From IMG/VR virus record IMGVR_UViG_3300009164_004823, positions 1 to 32,433 of that record: DNA of 32,433 bases. One strand, given 5' to 3'. This DNA comes from a virus. Lineage: Duplodnaviria > Caudoviricetes. Within the stretch, counting starts at the first letter, position 1. Every line of letters starts with the position of its first letter. A program made the translations under genes and the position numbers. The notes beneath the pieces were generated by a model, which was given only the letters and a program-made list of their open reading frames with translations, was not told where the DNA came from and searched no databases. Below, piece after piece: positions 9,492 to 18,084 of the stretch.

Positions 9492-10307
9492 ATGAAACAG
9501 ATTTTGGTATTAGTATTAGCAGTTTTTGCTAATCTATCATATGCATGGGAACAACGGCCGCCATTGCCCTTGGCTGCATGTAAAGTACACGCACCTTATG
9601 GTTTTGCTGAAACAAAACGTGATGCAAAACCAATTTGCCGCGAAGCATATCTAGTTGCGTATGATGCTCCTGCAAAAATTCCAGCTTATGTAAGTTATAC
9701 ATTAACTCCACCAAATGCAATTGGATGCTGGCCACGAACAAATGCGTTTGTTGCTGACAAGAGTGTAGTTGGTGGTGCAAAGCCCGACGACTATGCTGGC
9801 ACAGGATATGACAAAGGGCATGCCGCTCCGGATGGTGATTTATCATGGAGTGAGATTGTAGAATACGAAAGTTTTTTAATGACAAACATGTATCCTCAGC
9901 ACGGCTCTTTAAACAGGGGAATCTGGAAGTTGCTAGAGACGTCTATAAGAGGTTGGACAGTCCAACACAACCAGGCTTTTACCATATACGTTGGCGCATT
10001 TTATGGCGCTGGTGATCCTACCATTGGCGCCGGTGTAATTGTTCCGCATGGTTACTATAAAATTGTAATTAATAATGCTACAAAAGAAATTGCCGGATGG
10101 ACATTTCCACACACAAAACCATATGTTAACTTGGGCAATGACTTAACCAAGTTCCGTGTTAAGATTGCACAGATTCAAAAGGAAGCTGGTGTTAGTTATG
10201 AGTATCCAGCAGGTGCCAAAGAAGTAGCAGTGGGCGAAGAATGGAAAGTAGACTTTGGTGCATTGACCAATGCCAAACGTGCCAAATGTGGCAAAAATGC
10301 TGAATAA
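9492..10307 (+). CDS. DNA/RNA non-specific endonuclease (NucA/EndoG type) with signal peptide
   Basis: GYDKGH, FLMTNMYPQ and LNRGIWKLLE motifs; hydrophobic N-terminus ending in SYA. Confidence 0.92.
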   Translation: MKQILVLVLAVFANLSYAWEQRPPLPLAACKVHAPYGFAETKRDAKPICREAYLVAYDAPAKIPAYVSYTLTPPNAIGCWPRTNAFVADKSVVGGAKPDDYAGTGYDKGHAAPDGDLSWSEIVEYESFLMTNMYPQHGSLNRGIWKLLETSIRGWTVQHNQAFTIYVGAFYGAGDPTIGAGVIVPHGYYKIVINNATKEIAGWTFPHTKPYVNLGNDLTKFRVKIAQIQKEAGVSYEYPAGAKEVAVGEEWKVDFGALTNAKRAKCGKNAE

Positions 10308-10370
10308 CATTAGTGTTAATGACGTAAATAAATTGTGAAAACTTAAAACCGCATCATACGGTATCACTAG

Positions 10371-10399
10371 ACAGGGCACATTGGTTGCCCTGTTTTCTT
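10371..10399 (+). terminator. Intrinsic terminator
   Basis: acagggca-cattggt-tgccctgt stem-loop followed by tttctt. Confidence 0.7.
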
Positions 10400-10426
10400 G
10401 ACTTATTATAAGTATTTTGCTACAAT
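10398..10426 (+). promoter_or_regulatory. Sigma70-type promoter
   Basis: TTGACT-17-TACAAT; ATGs at 10430 and 10433 follow directly with no SD. Confidence 0.7.
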
Positions 10427-10429
10427 AAC

Positions 10430-10951
10430 ATGATGAAAGTAATTAATGTCATTGCAGGCCCAGGGGCGGGTAAAAGCACCCTAGCGTCAGGCTTATATCA
10501 TGAAGCAAAACGCCGAGGGTGGAATGTAGAGTTAGTAACGGAAGTTGCTAAGGACCTAGTTTGGGAAGGCAGGCATTGTGCGCTGGAAAATCAAGCATAC
10601 GTATTTGGAAGACAAGTTCAAAGAATACATAGGCTTGCGGGACAAGTTGATTTTGTTATCACAGATAGTCCTGTGTTATTGAGTGCTATCTATGCCCCTG
10701 CAGATTATCCTGCAGGGTGGGAACAGGTAGTAGTAGAACTCTGGAAGCGTTACGATAACTACGTGGCATTTCTAGGGCGCGGCCCGTGGTTCGATGATCG
10801 CGGCCGTGTGCATAACCTTGATGCTAGCATTGAGGTCGATCAGAGGATTGCGGCGTTACTGGCGAAGCATAATATAACCTACACCCAGGTTGATTATGGA
10901 TACAGTAACCCAGGTGAAGTCTTAGATAATATTTTATTGTCAAAGGCCTGA
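10430..10951 (+). CDS. P-loop ATPase/kinase, AAA_28 (NadR-like) family
   Basis: GPGAGKST Walker A, VTEVAK, VITDSP, GRVH. Confidence 0.85.
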   Translation: MMKVINVIAGPGAGKSTLASGLYHEAKRRGWNVELVTEVAKDLVWEGRHCALENQAYVFGRQVQRIHRLAGQVDFVITDSPVLLSAIYAPADYPAGWEQVVVELWKRYDNYVAFLGRGPWFDDRGRVHNLDASIEVDQRIAALLAKHNITYTQVDYGYSNPGEVLDNILLSKA

Positions 10952-10983
10952 CTGGAGGTAGTCCTAATGAAAGGAGGTGTAAC

Positions 10984-11601
10984 ATGCACATGACCCCAAA
11001 GAATTTCTCGGGCATGTCACAGCAAGCGGTCACACGTTTGCTATCTAAAGTCATCATATTGGCTTTATCATTATTATTGGTTTCTTCAGCCGTGTCTGGA
11101 ACAGCCAATCAAACTCATGTGAATGACAAAGAAACATGGGAACAGCGAATGCGTAAACTGATGCATATCAATTTGGAAGAAATTGGTGGTGCAAAAAAAG
11201 CCTTGGCCGACAAGCAGGTAAAATGTTTAGCTGAAAACATTTACTACGAAAGCCGTGGTGAAAGTTTAAAAGGACAGGTGGCTGTTGCAAACGTAACTCT
11301 CAACAGATTGGATGAAGGCTACGCCAATACCATATGTGGCGTAGTAAAGCAAGGTTGCCAATTTAGTTGGACCTGCCTTCCTGGTGTTGGGTTCCCTTCG
11401 GGACAGTTATGGCATCAGGCTATAGGTGTGGCCTTAATTACGTTAAATAACAAAGAGGAAGTTGAAGATCCGACCAATGGGGCGACTCACTTTCATGCTA
11501 CATATATTAATTGGAAACCAACTTGGCGAAGAGTCAAAGACTCTGTTAACCGAATTGGCAATCATGTTTTTTATAGAGTAAAACCAAAAGAGGAAAAATG
11601 A
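10984..11601 (+). CDS. Cell wall hydrolase, SleB/Hydrolase_2 family
   Basis: CLAENIYYESRGE..GQVAVANVTLNR, CQFSW, DPTNGATHFHA, IGNHVFY; N-terminal hydrophobic segment; SD aaggaggt. Confidence 0.92.
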   Translation: MHMTPKNFSGMSQQAVTRLLSKVIILALSLLLVSSAVSGTANQTHVNDKETWEQRMRKLMHINLEEIGGAKKALADKQVKCLAENIYYESRGESLKGQVAVANVTLNRLDEGYANTICGVVKQGCQFSWTCLPGVGFPSGQLWHQAIGVALITLNNKEEVEDPTNGATHFHATYINWKPTWRRVKDSVNRIGNHVFYRVKPKEEK

Positions 11602-11942
11602 GAAGATTATATCCAGCAAGATTGCTAGAAGTACGCGGCACTGACATGCTAGACGTAGAACTAGATCTTGGCTTTAATGTTTATACACGTCAAAAGATTA
11701 GACTGTTTGGAGTTGCATCATGCGGCAAAGACTCAGATGTGCGAATTGTCTTAACTGAGTTATGTAAAGATGGACTCATCGTGGAACCTATTATCACCAA
11801 ACGTGCCAAGTTAGGTCGTGTGCTTGGTTGGGCGTATATTCCTAACGAAGCCGGTGAGCCCACATTAAATATCAATCAAGCCATGGTAGACCAAGGACTA
11901 GCAACCAGCTTCCAGGTCACCGAAGAGGAGGATGATGAATAA
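11598..11942 (+). CDS. Thermonuclease (SNase)-like protein, degenerate active site
   Basis: LDLGF, IRLFGV, KLGRVLG and INQAMVDQGLA match the phage SNase-like pattern, but DGDT and DTPE are altered. Confidence 0.65.
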   Translation: MRRLYPARLLEVRGTDMLDVELDLGFNVYTRQKIRLFGVASCGKDSDVRIVLTELCKDGLIVEPIITKRAKLGRVLGWAYIPNEAGEPTLNINQAMVDQGLATSFQVTEEEDDE

Positions 11943-12676
11943 TGTATGAAGAAGGTTTAACAGCTAGAAAAATTGCTGAGTTTGATAACTCAATATTTGA
12001 CGACTATCGAAAGTGGGAAGCCGAATGGGACTGGGATCCTGTTGAACAACCACACCGATATGTAAGAACAGACTTAACTCATTTGATATACCTGCCTGTA
12101 AACGAAGCCAGACAGAAAGCATTTATTGAAGTCTCAAGAGGATACCCTCCGGGCATACAGGACATGTGGGACAACATACTAAAGTCAAAATGCGAATACC
12201 TAGCCAGCCTGACTGGAATTGCAGATCCTGTAGTTGTACAAGCGGATATAGCAAGAATGCGTCCACGTGAAGGTGATACAGTATTTCACACTGACACTAG
12301 ATTTAATCAACGCTATGCTCGCCGGTACAATATTGCAATTAGTACTAATGCTGAATGCTGGTTGTATCACTACAGTTATGATTTAAATAATGGTGGAATG
12401 CGAGACCACATCAATGAAGGTGAGGTATGGGAATTGAATAACAAAATTATTCACACCGCAGTAAACTATGGGGAGACTTGGAGAACACATTTGATCATTG
12501 ACGTCATGCCACAAAATTATTACGATCGTATGTGTGAACTTTATGATCCTTATGGTAAAGTGCCAAACCCACAAAGCAAGAATCGAACTTATGATTATGA
12601 CATGGACGGTAAAAGAATAGAAGCACCGTTGTTCACTGACCTGCCACATTGCTTCCCGGCAAAGACACATGTTTGA
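11942..12676 (+). CDS. Fe(II)/2OG oxygenase (AspH-like)
   Basis: FHTD; GEVWELNNKIIHTAVN..RTHLIIDV. Confidence 0.85.
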   Translation: MYEEGLTARKIAEFDNSIFDDYRKWEAEWDWDPVEQPHRYVRTDLTHLIYLPVNEARQKAFIEVSRGYPPGIQDMWDNILKSKCEYLASLTGIADPVVVQADIARMRPREGDTVFHTDTRFNQRYARRYNIAISTNAECWLYHYSYDLNNGGMRDHINEGEVWELNNKIIHTAVNYGETWRTHLIIDVMPQNYYDRMCELYDPYGKVPNPQSKNRTYDYDMDGKRIEAPLFTDLPHCFPAKTHV

Positions 12677-12685
12677 GGTGATACA

Positions 12686-13408
12686 ATGCATGAACCAGGA
12701 CTAACCGCCCGCAAGATAGCTGTATATAATCCTAAATTATTTAATATAGCAGTTGAATTACTTAACGCATACAAATGGAACGCAAAGAACAAGCGTAAAG
12801 GCGATAACACACAGTTATTGCATTTGCCAAATAGCCCAGAACGTATCGCAGGCTTCTACGATATCACTGGTCCTATTACAAAAGACATGGTTGACATAAT
12901 GTGTGCATTTCGCCAACCCATTAATTACATAATGAAATTAACCGGCATTGCTGACCCTGTACTGGTACAAGCAGACATTGCTCGTATGCATCCGGGTGGC
13001 GATACATTAATGCATATTGATACGAGATTTTCGCATCGATACAGCAGACGCTATAACATAGCACTAGAAACAAATCCAGATTGTTACTTATATCATATAA
13101 GTTACGATTTGGAAAATGGAGGGGTTCGTGACCACATTGAACCCGGAGAGGTATGGGAACTTAACAATAAGATTGAACATACCGCAGTAAACCATGGCGA
13201 AACATCAAGAACTCATTTGATCATTGATGTTATGCCTAGAGAATACTATGAAAAAATGTGGATAAAATTTCCCAACGCATTTGGCAAGGTACCAAACGTT
13301 CAAGGAAAGAATAACACATATGACTTAGACAAGGATAGTAACATGTTAGATTACTGGACTTTGTTTGATGATCTACCACACTGCTTTCCAGCAAGGACAC
13401 ACATTTAA
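12686..13408 (+). CDS. Fe(II)/2OG oxygenase (AspH-like), tandem paralog of 11942..12676
   Basis: MHID; GEVWELNNKIEHTAVN..RTHLIIDV; shares GLTARKIA and DLPHCFPA with the paralog. Confidence 0.85.
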   Translation: MHEPGLTARKIAVYNPKLFNIAVELLNAYKWNAKNKRKGDNTQLLHLPNSPERIAGFYDITGPITKDMVDIMCAFRQPINYIMKLTGIADPVLVQADIARMHPGGDTLMHIDTRFSHRYSRRYNIALETNPDCYLYHISYDLENGGVRDHIEPGEVWELNNKIEHTAVNHGETSRTHLIIDVMPREYYEKMWIKFPNAFGKVPNVQGKNNTYDLDKDSNMLDYWTLFDDLPHCFPARTHI

Positions 13409-13409
13409 A

Positions 13410-14600
13410 ATGAAAATCACACGCACAGACAAGTTAGTTGCCTACTTGGCACTACTAAGCGGATTAACTATATCCGTTGTTGCAATTTGGTACAGCGTAG
13501 CAGGCCTGGTATCAATATTTGCGGCCGCAGTTGTTCCTATTATTGTTATGGGGGTAGCACTAGAAGTTAGCAAGCTTATTGCAACTGTATGGCTAAAACA
13601 AAACTGGAAACGGGCGCCAGTCTATATTAAAGCATACATGTCACTGGCAGTGGCCATCTTAATGATCATTACCTCAATGGGTATCTTTGGCTTCCTGAGT
13701 AAAGCACACAGTGACCAGAGCCTAGTTAGTGGTGATGTTCAAAGTAGGATTGCTGTATATGATGAAAAAATTAAAACTTCACAGGATACCATAGATGTTA
13801 ATCGCAAAGCACTTAAACAACTCGATGAGGCAGTGGACCAAGTTATGGGCCGCTCGACTTCAGAAACGGGTGCGGATAAAGCCGTCGCTATACGTAAATC
13901 TCAAGCGAGAGAAAGAACTAGAATGCTTGCTGAAATTGCAGCCGAGCAGAAAGCAATTACTAAATTTAGAGAAGAACGAGCCCCTATTGCTGCCGAGGTA
14001 CGCAAGGTTGAAGCAGAAGTAGGTCCCGTCAAGTACATTGCGGCATTTGTTTATGGTGACAACCCAGATGCTAATGTGTTAGAAAAAGCTGTAACATGGG
14101 TAATTATTATTATTGTTAGTGTATTTGATCCGTTGGCAGTTATCTTATTGTTGGCAAGTCAATACAGCTTCCAATGGTTCCGTCAACAACAAGATGAAGA
14201 AGCGGAGGGTGACAGCCCAGTAAGGATTCAGGAAACTGAACCACCAATTGACACAACACCTACCCCTACCCCTGTGTACGAAGAACCTGAAACACACAGT
14301 GAAAGCATTGCCAGTAACTTAGATCCAGTGTATCCTGCTACAGAAACAGAGGTAGAGGAACTTGCTGAGGCCAAGGCTGATGCCAAGGAAGAAGTCATTG
14401 GCGAGCTATATGTTAGTGATTTAATCACAGCACCTCCAGGTACGCCCGGAGAAGCATGGGATGCTCCTGTTCAATCCGAGCAACAACAACCTTTAAAAGA
14501 AGATAAAATATATGTAGCAAGCAAAGAAGATATTGCTAAACGAAAGCGCAGTAGAGGATGGTTCAATGTTACCTATCCAAGCCGCGATGATGTTAATTAA
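13410..14600 (+). CDS. Membrane protein with coiled coil and an acidic/Pro-rich tail
   Basis: Three N-terminal hydrophobic helices, a heptad-rich middle, a fourth TM segment (IIIIVSVFDPLAV) and a low-complexity C-terminus. Confidence 0.8.
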   Translation: MKITRTDKLVAYLALLSGLTISVVAIWYSVAGLVSIFAAAVVPIIVMGVALEVSKLIATVWLKQNWKRAPVYIKAYMSLAVAILMIITSMGIFGFLSKAHSDQSLVSGDVQSRIAVYDEKIKTSQDTIDVNRKALKQLDEAVDQVMGRSTSETGADKAVAIRKSQARERTRMLAEIAAEQKAITKFREERAPIAAEVRKVEAEVGPVKYIAAFVYGDNPDANVLEKAVTWVIIIIVSVFDPLAVILLLASQYSFQWFRQQQDEEAEGDSPVRIQETEPPIDTTPTPTPVYEEPETHSESIASNLDPVYPATETEVEELAEAKADAKEEVIGELYVSDLITAPPGTPGEAWDAPVQSEQQQPLKEDKIYVASKEDIAKRKRSRGWFNVTYPSRDDVN

Positions 14601-14613
14601 CTAAAGGTCTATT

Positions 14614-15036
14614 TTGAGTGATTCAAGTGTTTATGTTGTAAGTCCACCAACTCTCTATATGCCAAGTGGTGGCCTTGCATTTTGTTTGGTTAGTAATGAC
14701 AAAGTATGGCAAGATACTATAATTAACCTATTAGAAAAAGGCATACAGAATCAGCTTACATTTTATGCCAATGAAACAGCGGCAAAGGATCCCAAGGCTT
14801 GGGTTTGGTATTGGCATGTGGTTGACAACTGTGGTATGGTTTTCGTTGATACAGCAAGTTGTACAGAACATGAAGTACGTATGGCCTTGGCAATGTCTAA
14901 AGTAGACCAGCCAGTTATTTTCCATGTCAAGCAAGGCAACGACGAACTGGTTGCACTTCTTAACGCTGTTGATATTCCACACTTTGAAGATTTTGAACAC
15001 CTCCTTGCTATAATGGAGGTCACTCTTGGTAGATAA
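14614..15036 (+). CDS. Hypothetical protein
   Basis: 140-aa ORF with TTG start and SD-like aaagg; overlaps the clpX start. Confidence 0.7.
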   Translation: MSDSSVYVVSPPTLYMPSGGLAFCLVSNDKVWQDTIINLLEKGIQNQLTFYANETAAKDPKAWVWYWHVVDNCGMVFVDTASCTEHEVRMALAMSKVDQPVIFHVKQGNDELVALLNAVDIPHFEDFEHLLAIMEVTLGR

Positions 15037-16255
15037 AGTTCAAAAATTAACATGTAGTTTTTGTAGTAAAAGCAGAGATGAAGTCAAAGCATTGATTGCT
15101 GGAGAAAACGCATACATTTGTGACGAGTGTATTAATCTTTGTGTAGATGCTATAGCATCCGACGTGAAAGATAAGCCCAGCGAATTTATTAATTCAACAA
15201 CGCCAAGTGAGATCAAAGCATACTTAGATAGATTCATTATTGGTCAAGACTTGGCCAAACGAAGTTTAAGTGTAGCTGTTCGCAATCACTACAAACGATT
15301 GAGTCAGGGTAGTACGGATCTTATTAAGAAATCAAATGTATTACTAATTGGCCCCACTGGCTCAGGTAAAACACTTTTAGCAAAAAAACTTGCTGAAAAA
15401 ATCAATGTACCTTTTGCAATTGCAGATGCTACTACACTAACTGAATCAGGTTATGTAGGCGATGATGTAGAAAGTGTTATTCATAGATTGGTGCAAGCAG
15501 CCGATGGCGATATTAAAAAGGCTGAGACAGGTATCATCTACATTGACGAGATTGATAAAAAAGGTCGTAAGAGTGAAAGTTCTAGTATCACTAGAGATGT
15601 GTCAGGTGAGGGTGTACAACAGGCCTTGCTCAAGTTAATTGAAGGCACTGAATGTCGTGTGCCACAAAATGGTGGTCGTAAACATCCAGGCAGTGATACA
15701 AATATAGTAAACACAAAAAATATCTTGTTTATCTTAGGTGGTGCATTTGTTGGCCTAGATGAACAAGTTAAAAAACGTATAAGTGGTGGTGCCAAAATTG
15801 GATTTGGAGCAGAAGTAGATCGTGCTGATGTTAAAACAGATGTATGGCTAGCAGAAGTGGAGCCAGAAGATTTTGTCAAGTTTGGTATGATTCCAGAGTT
15901 TATGGGACGTATCCCTGTTGTTGCCGCACTGGATACATTAACTGCTGATGACTTAGTACATATCATGACTGATCCAGAAGACAGCATTGAAAAAGAGTAT
16001 AAAGCAATATTTGCACTAGATCGAGTTGAACTTGAATTTACGCCAGAATCACGTATGGCTATTGCTACGTTGAGCATTGCTAAAAAAACAGGTGCACGTG
16101 GTATTAGAAGCATAATTGAAAAGGTATTGTTGGATATTCAGTTCAATTTGCCTGAATTAGTCCAAGAAGGATTAAGTAAAGTTATAATTACTGAGCAATC
16201 TGTGGAAGACCATAGTACAGTCAAAATTTATAAAAACTTAGAAATAGTAGCATAA
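15026..16255 (+). CDS. clpX: ATP-dependent Clp protease ATP-binding subunit ClpX
   Basis: C4 zinc finger CSFC..CDEC, GPTGSGKT, GYVG pore loop, IDEIDK, RDVSGEGVQQALLK, GRKHP, IGF loop, TGARG; SD ggaggt before TTG. Confidence 0.97.
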   Translation: MVDKVQKLTCSFCSKSRDEVKALIAGENAYICDECINLCVDAIASDVKDKPSEFINSTTPSEIKAYLDRFIIGQDLAKRSLSVAVRNHYKRLSQGSTDLIKKSNVLLIGPTGSGKTLLAKKLAEKINVPFAIADATTLTESGYVGDDVESVIHRLVQAADGDIKKAETGIIYIDEIDKKGRKSESSSITRDVSGEGVQQALLKLIEGTECRVPQNGGRKHPGSDTNIVNTKNILFILGGAFVGLDEQVKKRISGGAKIGFGAEVDRADVKTDVWLAEVEPEDFVKFGMIPEFMGRIPVVAALDTLTADDLVHIMTDPEDSIEKEYKAIFALDRVELEFTPESRMAIATLSIAKKTGARGIRSIIEKVLLDIQFNLPELVQEGLSKVIITEQSVEDHSTVKIYKNLEIVA

Positions 16256-16257
16256 TA

Positions 16258-16530
16258 ATGAGCAGAGACAATCAACGCCCTAAAATTAGGGGCACAAGTG
16301 TATTGGTCAAAGATGACCAAGTTGAAAAAGCACTTAGAAAATTTAAAAACAAGATACAAGATAGTGGCAAAATGGACGAAGTTCGCGATCGCGGAGAATA
16401 TGTCAAACCAACTACTGAACGTAGAGTTGCGGCAAATAAAGCAAGACGTCGTCATTTAAAACAAGTAGAAACAGATGAACTAAACGGAAAACGTGTGCCA
16501 CGCGATGGCATAAAACGCCGGATGTATTGA
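16258..16530 (+). CDS. rpsU: Ribosomal protein bS21 (phage-encoded)
   Basis: VEKALRKFKNK..EVRDRGEYVKPTTERR matches the bS21 pattern; basic protein. Confidence 0.85.
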   Translation: MSRDNQRPKIRGTSVLVKDDQVEKALRKFKNKIQDSGKMDEVRDRGEYVKPTTERRVAANKARRRHLKQVETDELNGKRVPRDGIKRRMY

Positions 16531-16533
16531 TAC

Positions 16534-16562
16534 TTGACTTCTTGCTGAGAAATAAATATAAT
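16534..16562 (+). promoter_or_regulatory. Sigma70-type promoter with overlapping TAAATA box for hsp20
   Basis: TTGACT-17-TATAAT; TAAATA at 16553..16558. Confidence 0.75.
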
Positions 16563-16659
16563 AGTGATATACTAGTGCCATGAGGGCTAGTGATTCACTT
16601 GATAATGCCCATGAAGGGGTTATCAAACAAACTCGCTTTACAAAGGAGATTAAATTATG
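16563..16659 (+). promoter_or_regulatory. ROSE-like RNA thermometer in the hsp20 5' UTR
   Basis: Two hairpins, then CTCGCTT able to pair with the SD AAGGAG leaving a bulged G (ROSE U(U/C)GCU signature). Confidence 0.65.
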
Positions 16660-17079
16660 TCAAAGCAATTACCTTATTCACAATTTGGTATCGGATTCGA
16701 TCGCATGTTTGAAGAGTTGGACCGCTTGATCAGCAATGGTACAACAACAAACGGCGGATACCCACCATTCAACGTAGAGAGACTAGAAGACAACAAACAT
16801 CGTATCACGATGGCTGTGGCTGGTTTCAACGAATCTGAAATTGATATTACACACCAGGATAATACCTTGGTTGTGAAAGGTGAAAAGTCCAATGATGAAC
16901 CTACAGCAAACTACATCTATCGTGGTATTGCAAAACGCAACTTCCGTAGGGAGTTTGTGCTTGCAGATCATGTAGAAGTACGAACTGCAAGCCTTAGGGA
17001 TGGCATGTTGGTAATCGATTTCGAAACTCTTGTACCTGAAGAATACAAGCCTAAGAAGATTCCTCTAATCAAGGAATAA
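16657..17079 (+). CDS. Small heat shock protein, Hsp20 (IbpA-like)
   Basis: IGFDRMF, YPPFNVE, MAVAGF, YRGIAKRNFRREF, LRDGML, C-terminal PKKIPL. Confidence 0.95.
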   Translation: MSKQLPYSQFGIGFDRMFEELDRLISNGTTTNGGYPPFNVERLEDNKHRITMAVAGFNESEIDITHQDNTLVVKGEKSNDEPTANYIYRGIAKRNFRREFVLADHVEVRTASLRDGMLVIDFETLVPEEYKPKKIPLIKE

Positions 17080-17093
17080 TCAACTTTTCACAT

Positions 17094-17120
17094 GGGTGGG
17101 AATTAAAAATCCCACCCTTT
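17094..17120 (+). terminator. Stem-loop terminator after hsp20
   Basis: gggtggga...tcccaccc 8-bp stem followed by ttt. Confidence 0.6.
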
Positions 17121-17156
17121 AGATAAATATTAGACAAGAACACGGGTATATAACAA

Positions 17157-17468
17157 ATGTCAGAAACAGCAATTCAAACAGTTAAGAAAACAGATAATAC
17201 AACTGGCATAAAAGAACCAGAAAAATTCCGAGTGGTAATTTTAAACGACAATGCCACACCAATGGAATTTGTCATTGAGTTGCTTAAAGTAATTTTTCAC
17301 CACAATCAAGAAGCCGCACTACAAATTATGATGCAGGTACATCAAAATGGTAAAGGTACTGCTGGAATTTACACATACGAAGTGGCTGAACAAAAAGCCA
17401 TGGAGTCAACACAAATTGCTCGTACCAATGGTCACCCGCTTGGAGTAAGTGTTGAGCTTGCCGGCTGA
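17157..17468 (+). CDS. clpS: ATP-dependent Clp protease adaptor ClpS
   Basis: VVILNDNATPMEFV, IMMQVHQNGKG, YEVAEQK, HPL. Confidence 0.93.
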   Translation: MSETAIQTVKKTDNTTGIKEPEKFRVVILNDNATPMEFVIELLKVIFHHNQEAALQIMMQVHQNGKGTAGIYTYEVAEQKAMESTQIARTNGHPLGVSVELAG

Positions 17469-18054
17469 TGATTACAAAAACAAGTTAATCATTGACTTAG
17501 ATGATACTTGCATAGATACAATAACTGCTTTTGTAAAATGGTTAGCACAACACGACAGATTAAAAAATGTCAACGGCAATACAATAACCAGCAGAGAACA
17601 CTTGGGTGACTGGCTAAATGTTCCAGATGAGCTAGCTGATTTGTGGATGAGCGAATTTTGCGAACATTCGTGGCAATGGGGTGCAATGTGGCCCTGTCTC
17701 GGAGCAGAAAAAATACTAACTGAATTTACCAAGGCTGGTTGGTATATTGTAGGTTATACCAAGGCGTCTAAAGATATGCATCGTGCAACATTACGAAGAG
17801 CAAACTTAGAATTATTGTTTCCAAATGTATTCAATGAGCTTTATGTTGTAAACAGGCAGGCAAATTTATATCCAATGCTCAAAGAACATGAACCAGCATT
17901 TTGTGTTACGTCGACAGAATCAACAGCAAGAGCAAGTGCCCAAGCTGGCCATGCCACCTATCTGTTAACGCAACCTTGGAATTATAGTTTTGCTGATATT
18001 TCAGTTCGTCGCTTTAATCATTGGGCAGATATTCAGTCAGTGCTATTGAAATAA
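17452..18054 (+). CDS. HAD-superfamily 5'(3')-deoxyribonucleotidase-like protein (start uncertain, 17449 or 17452)
   Basis: IIDLDDT motif I and C-terminal QPWN..RFNHWADI typical of NT5C-like proteins; the motif IV acidic pair is missing. Confidence 0.65.
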   Translation: MSLPADDYKNKLIIDLDDTCIDTITAFVKWLAQHDRLKNVNGNTITSREHLGDWLNVPDELADLWMSEFCEHSWQWGAMWPCLGAEKILTEFTKAGWYIVGYTKASKDMHRATLRRANLELLFPNVFNELYVVNRQANLYPMLKEHEPAFCVTSTESTARASAQAGHATYLLTQPWNYSFADISVRRFNHWADIQSVLLK

Positions 18055-18084
18055 CACAGCAAGTTTGCAATCATAATTACTATT

